Assembly (NCBI GenBank): GCA_965644295.1
Contig: CBFFRP010000472.1
Coordinates: 1-10,190 of the forward strand
Length of the DNA stretch: 10,190 bases
Reading direction: 5' to 3'
Source of the DNA: Paraphysomonas bandaiensis
Taxonomy: Eukaryota > Protista > Chrysophyceae
The translations under genes and the position numbers were made by a program. The notes beneath the pieces were generated by a model. The model was not told the DNA's origin, did not search any database, and was given only the letters and a program-made list of their open reading frames with translations. Shown in pieces: positions 7,601 through 10,190 of this stretch (positions are counted from its first letter, which is position 1; each line of letters starts with the position of its first letter).

Positions 7601-8088
7601 AAATTAGTACTTCAGCTAGGGTTGAAGTTAACAAAGGTACACCGTGTAATGAAATTCAAACAGTCTGATCATATGAAAGAATATATCATGGGAAATACTA
7701 AACTGCGTGCTCAAACAAAGGATGCATTTAAACGTAACTTATACAAGCTACTCAACAACGCAATTTTTGGGAAATCGGTAGAAAACACCCGCGCACGTAT
7801 TAACTTTGAATTGGCGACCACAAGACCTAGCGAGTTTAAATTAAGACAGATGAAAGACTTTACAATATTTTCAGAAAATCTGGTGGGGATACATAAATAT
7901 AAATCTTCGGTGAAATTAGATAAACCCATATATGTAGGCTCAAGCATATTAGATCTTTCTAAAGTACTCATGCAAGACTTCCATTACAATGTGGTTCAAC
8001 CTGGTATTCACAAAATGGATGGTAGTGCGGAGTTGCTCTTTACGGATACAGATAGTTTATGCTACCATATCAAGGGATGTAACCCCTA
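4607..8088 (+). pseudogene. polB: Protein-primed family B DNA polymerase (Polinton/adintovirus type), interrupted by a retrotransposon just after motif C (ORF reads on to a stop at 8191 in the insert)
   Basis: Exo I TDFES (5981), Exo II HNLKGYD (6401), RFLDS, KGVYPYEW, Exo III YLKADV, SIRGG, motif A YLDATNLYGWAM (7250), motif B KLLNNAIFGK (7745), motif C FTDTDS (8039-8056). The sequence after IKGCNPY is not polymerase-like and the remaining palm/thumb is missing. Confidence 0.95.
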
Positions 8089-8477
8089 TGTCACGCATAC
8101 CTGTAGTTACTGTTATACGTGGAGTTATACGGTGTTATACTGCGGTACTCTAGGTAGCATGCTGTTGTACTTTCATTTTCAGTTTATTTAGTATACATTG
8201 CGGTTACTGTATTCTTGAAGGGATATAAGTCCCGTATATGTACAAGTATGATACTGTAAACTGTAGATGATTCACAGCAAGATAGAGTGTTGTATGTTTT
8301 CACTTTCTTTCTTTACACGTTTTAACGTAATTTAATTCATTCTATACTCGCGGTTTGCTTGTGTTAGGAGGCAGTTTCACCGGTTTGGTGTTCTGGACAG
8401 TGTATTCTCGGTTTGGGAAGCACTTTAAATTCATATAAAACGTTGTAAACACGGTCTTTCTCATCAGAAAGATTACA
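8089..8477 (+). repeat. Putative 5' LTR (right boundary uncertain)
   Basis: TGT start; GTTATAC x3 (8112, 8124, 8134); TATA-like box 8224-8228; candidate end ...GATTACA at 8477. The second LTR is not in the window and no canonical TGG tRNA PBS follows. Confidence 0.5.
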
Positions 8478-8534
8478 GTATTAATACTTTAGTCGGATAG
8501 AAAGAAACATTGTTTATTTATATTATTGTCGACT

Positions 8535-10121
8535 ATGAGTTCGGAGGAAGAGGTTCCGAACATTATGGAGTTCCTTCAGCAGCGGTTTGCTGAACAAAAT
8601 GAACAGTTTGCTGAACAACAAGAGCAGCTGAACAAACGCTTTGAGTCTATCGATCTTCATTTCGAAATGTTTGACCAAAGGTTGCAGCGGCTGGAGTCTC
8701 GACGTTCCTCAAGAAAAGCCACTCCAGCTAATTCGGAAGTAGATTTTGGAGGGGAGATATCCCAGATTGATGAAGAGGCGACACATCAAATCGAAGAAGT
8801 TCAACAGCAAGAAGAACAAGCTGGAGGACAAGTACATGAACAGCAATATATAGACCCAGATCTACTTCAGACCAGAATCGAGGACGCAGTCCAACAGGCC
8901 ATGATCAATGCAACGCAGGTATTGAGAGAGGAAGAGCAGCCTAGGAGGAGGAATGTTAGGAGACAGACTATTCAAGAAGCGCTAAGGCAGGCCGACGAAG
9001 ACAGGACTAGTCAGGTCGTATTGACTCAACAGGATAATTCATACTTGAAGATCCAATTGACGGAAATTACTTTAGACGGCTTCATGACATTTATGGAGAA
9101 GATTGCTGAGTATGAAAAACGGAATTATAATAGAGCGGTGCCTTCAGTGTACAGTTTGCTAAAAGATCGAGCAAGAGACATGGTTCGGCATACCCTGCGA
9201 CGGATGAATCCAACAGAATTCCCTACATACTTGGAGTGTACTGATGCTAGGATCACACATATCATTGAGGCAGTCAAACGTTTATTTAAACCTTTGGATG
9301 TAATGGCATTCAACAAAATATTGTACAAATCTTGCAAAGCATACAAGGTTAATATGGAGAGACTGGAGGATTTCAGGAAAGCTGATGAAGATATATGTAT
9401 TCTTGAAACTAAGTTTATTCAGAGATACGACTTCTTGGTGGATGCAGCAAAAGTAAATCACTTGACTTTGAGTATACCTCTAACTACCACCAAACGAGGT
9501 GGGTCACTGGAAGTCTGGATGAGTTTGATACCACCTTGTATGAGAGACACCAGTAAGAGATTATTGAGAACAGAGAATTTCAACTCAGTGGAATCATTCT
9601 TTGAAGAGTTTTTCGAACATCTAAGAGTAACAAGGGAGCTTTCTGAGAAGTATCAACAATTCAAGGGCAGGTTTAATTTCCAAACAAAGCCTCAATTGAA
9701 TGCTGCAATATTGGCCATGATGGAGGAAGACGATTCGGATGAGAATGAGAAACAGACTAAGGAAAGTAACAATGATGCAAAGGATGATGACCTTAAGAGT
9801 GTGAATGAGGATGTGATGGCTGCAGAAGTTTACAAGAAAAGTCCATGCTTTAAGGAAATGAATGTAGAGGGTGGGTGCAAGGACAAGAGTTGCAAATTTT
9901 CTCATGATAAGGAAGTTCTTAAAGATACACTGCGAGCTATGAATGCCAGGTTTGGAATTAAGGAAATGCCGACTAGGACTTCGCCTTGGCCTCAACAAAG
10001 GACTCCGAAAGAGAGTGTTCCTTGGTACCAGAGGAAACTAGGAAACGAGAAAGGGGATGTGCGAATGCTTGTGCGAGAACAAGAGGACCAGGGGGACACA
10101 GATCCTATTGACGATCTTTGA
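8535..10121 (+). CDS. gag: Gag-like protein with N-terminal coiled coil and C-terminal CCCH zinc finger
   Basis: First ATG at 8535 (the track start at 8526 is TTG); Gln/Glu-rich coiled coil, helical central region, acidic linker, and C-x9-C-x4-C-x3-H at 9846-9905; located directly after an LTR-like leader. Confidence 0.7.
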   Translation: MSSEEEVPNIMEFLQQRFAEQNEQFAEQQEQLNKRFESIDLHFEMFDQRLQRLESRRSSRKATPANSEVDFGGEISQIDEEATHQIEEVQQQEEQAGGQVHEQQYIDPDLLQTRIEDAVQQAMINATQVLREEEQPRRRNVRRQTIQEALRQADEDRTSQVVLTQQDNSYLKIQLTEITLDGFMTFMEKIAEYEKRNYNRAVPSVYSLLKDRARDMVRHTLRRMNPTEFPTYLECTDARITHIIEAVKRLFKPLDVMAFNKILYKSCKAYKVNMERLEDFRKADEDICILETKFIQRYDFLVDAAKVNHLTLSIPLTTTKRGGSLEVWMSLIPPCMRDTSKRLLRTENFNSVESFFEEFFEHLRVTRELSEKYQQFKGRFNFQTKPQLNAAILAMMEEDDSDENEKQTKESNNDAKDDDLKSVNEDVMAAEVYKKSPCFKEMNVEGGCKDKSCKFSHDKEVLKDTLRAMNARFGIKEMPTRTSPWPQQRTPKESVPWYQRKLGNEKGDVRMLVREQEDQGDTDPIDDL

Positions 10122-10190
10122 TCGGGTTCTACTTATCATGCTGCCCAGTTGTATAAGATGTCTACCAGCAAATACTGGAGAGCAGCACAC

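Larger units (their letters stand above)
670..8088. mobile_element. Endogenous Polinton / Polinton-like virus segment (partial)
   Basis: Uniformly AT-rich, gene-dense, apparently intronless block encoding a Polinton/adintovirus-type protein-primed PolB, GIY-YIG nucleases, and fibre-like and discoidin proteins. Both outer genes are interrupted by unrelated inserts. Capsid, ATPase and integrase genes are not in the window. Confidence 0.85.
8089..10190 (+). mobile_element. Retrotransposon 5' part (LTR-like leader plus gag-like ORF), probably Ty3/Gypsy-like, inserted in polB
   Basis: Begins TGTCACG at 8089 (alternative start TGTAACC at 8078) where polymerase homology ends; ~440 bp non-coding with TATAA at 8224, then a Gag-like ORF with different codon usage. 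No pol domains are inside the window. Confidence 0.78.

Noticed and set aside
8089-8191. Genuine C-terminus of the polymerase
   Set aside because: Not polymerase-like, built on GTTATAC repeats, and too short to supply the palm/thumb remainder; it is read-through into the insert.
5563-9998. Antisense ORFs inside polB and gag (5563, 5753, 6448, 7711, 9125, 9621)
   Set aside because: Shadow ORFs with no motifs, opposite well-supported genes.

Overview
Eukaryotic, mobile-element-derived window with three compositionally distinct blocks. The central AT-rich block (~670-8088) is an endogenous Polinton/Polinton-like virus (preplasmivirus-type) segment. It carries a fibre-like gene and a discoidin-domain gene (divergent), an ~840-bp non-coding region (AT-rich repeat array, CAC/CAT microsatellite, 63-bp near-perfect hairpin), two tandemly duplicated GIY-YIG endonuclease genes, three small ORFs with shared upstream motifs, and a protein-primed family B DNA polymerase. 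Both ends of this block are cut mid-gene by more GC-rich inserts with TGT/ACA-type termini. On the right, a retrotransposon (LTR-like leader plus a Gag-like ORF with a CCCH zinc finger) interrupts the polymerase just after its DTDS motif. On the left, an element ending in ...GGTCACA at 669 truncates the fibre gene and carries a SET-domain ORF close to its terminus. The most intriguing signal is the internal palindrome at 2389-2451 (...GACACT-TT-AGTGTC...), which may be the fused termini or origin of a circularly permuted or concatemeric viral genome. No capsid, ATPase, integrase or reverse transcriptase gene lies in the window, so element classes are inferred from motifs read by eye. The host cannot be identified.
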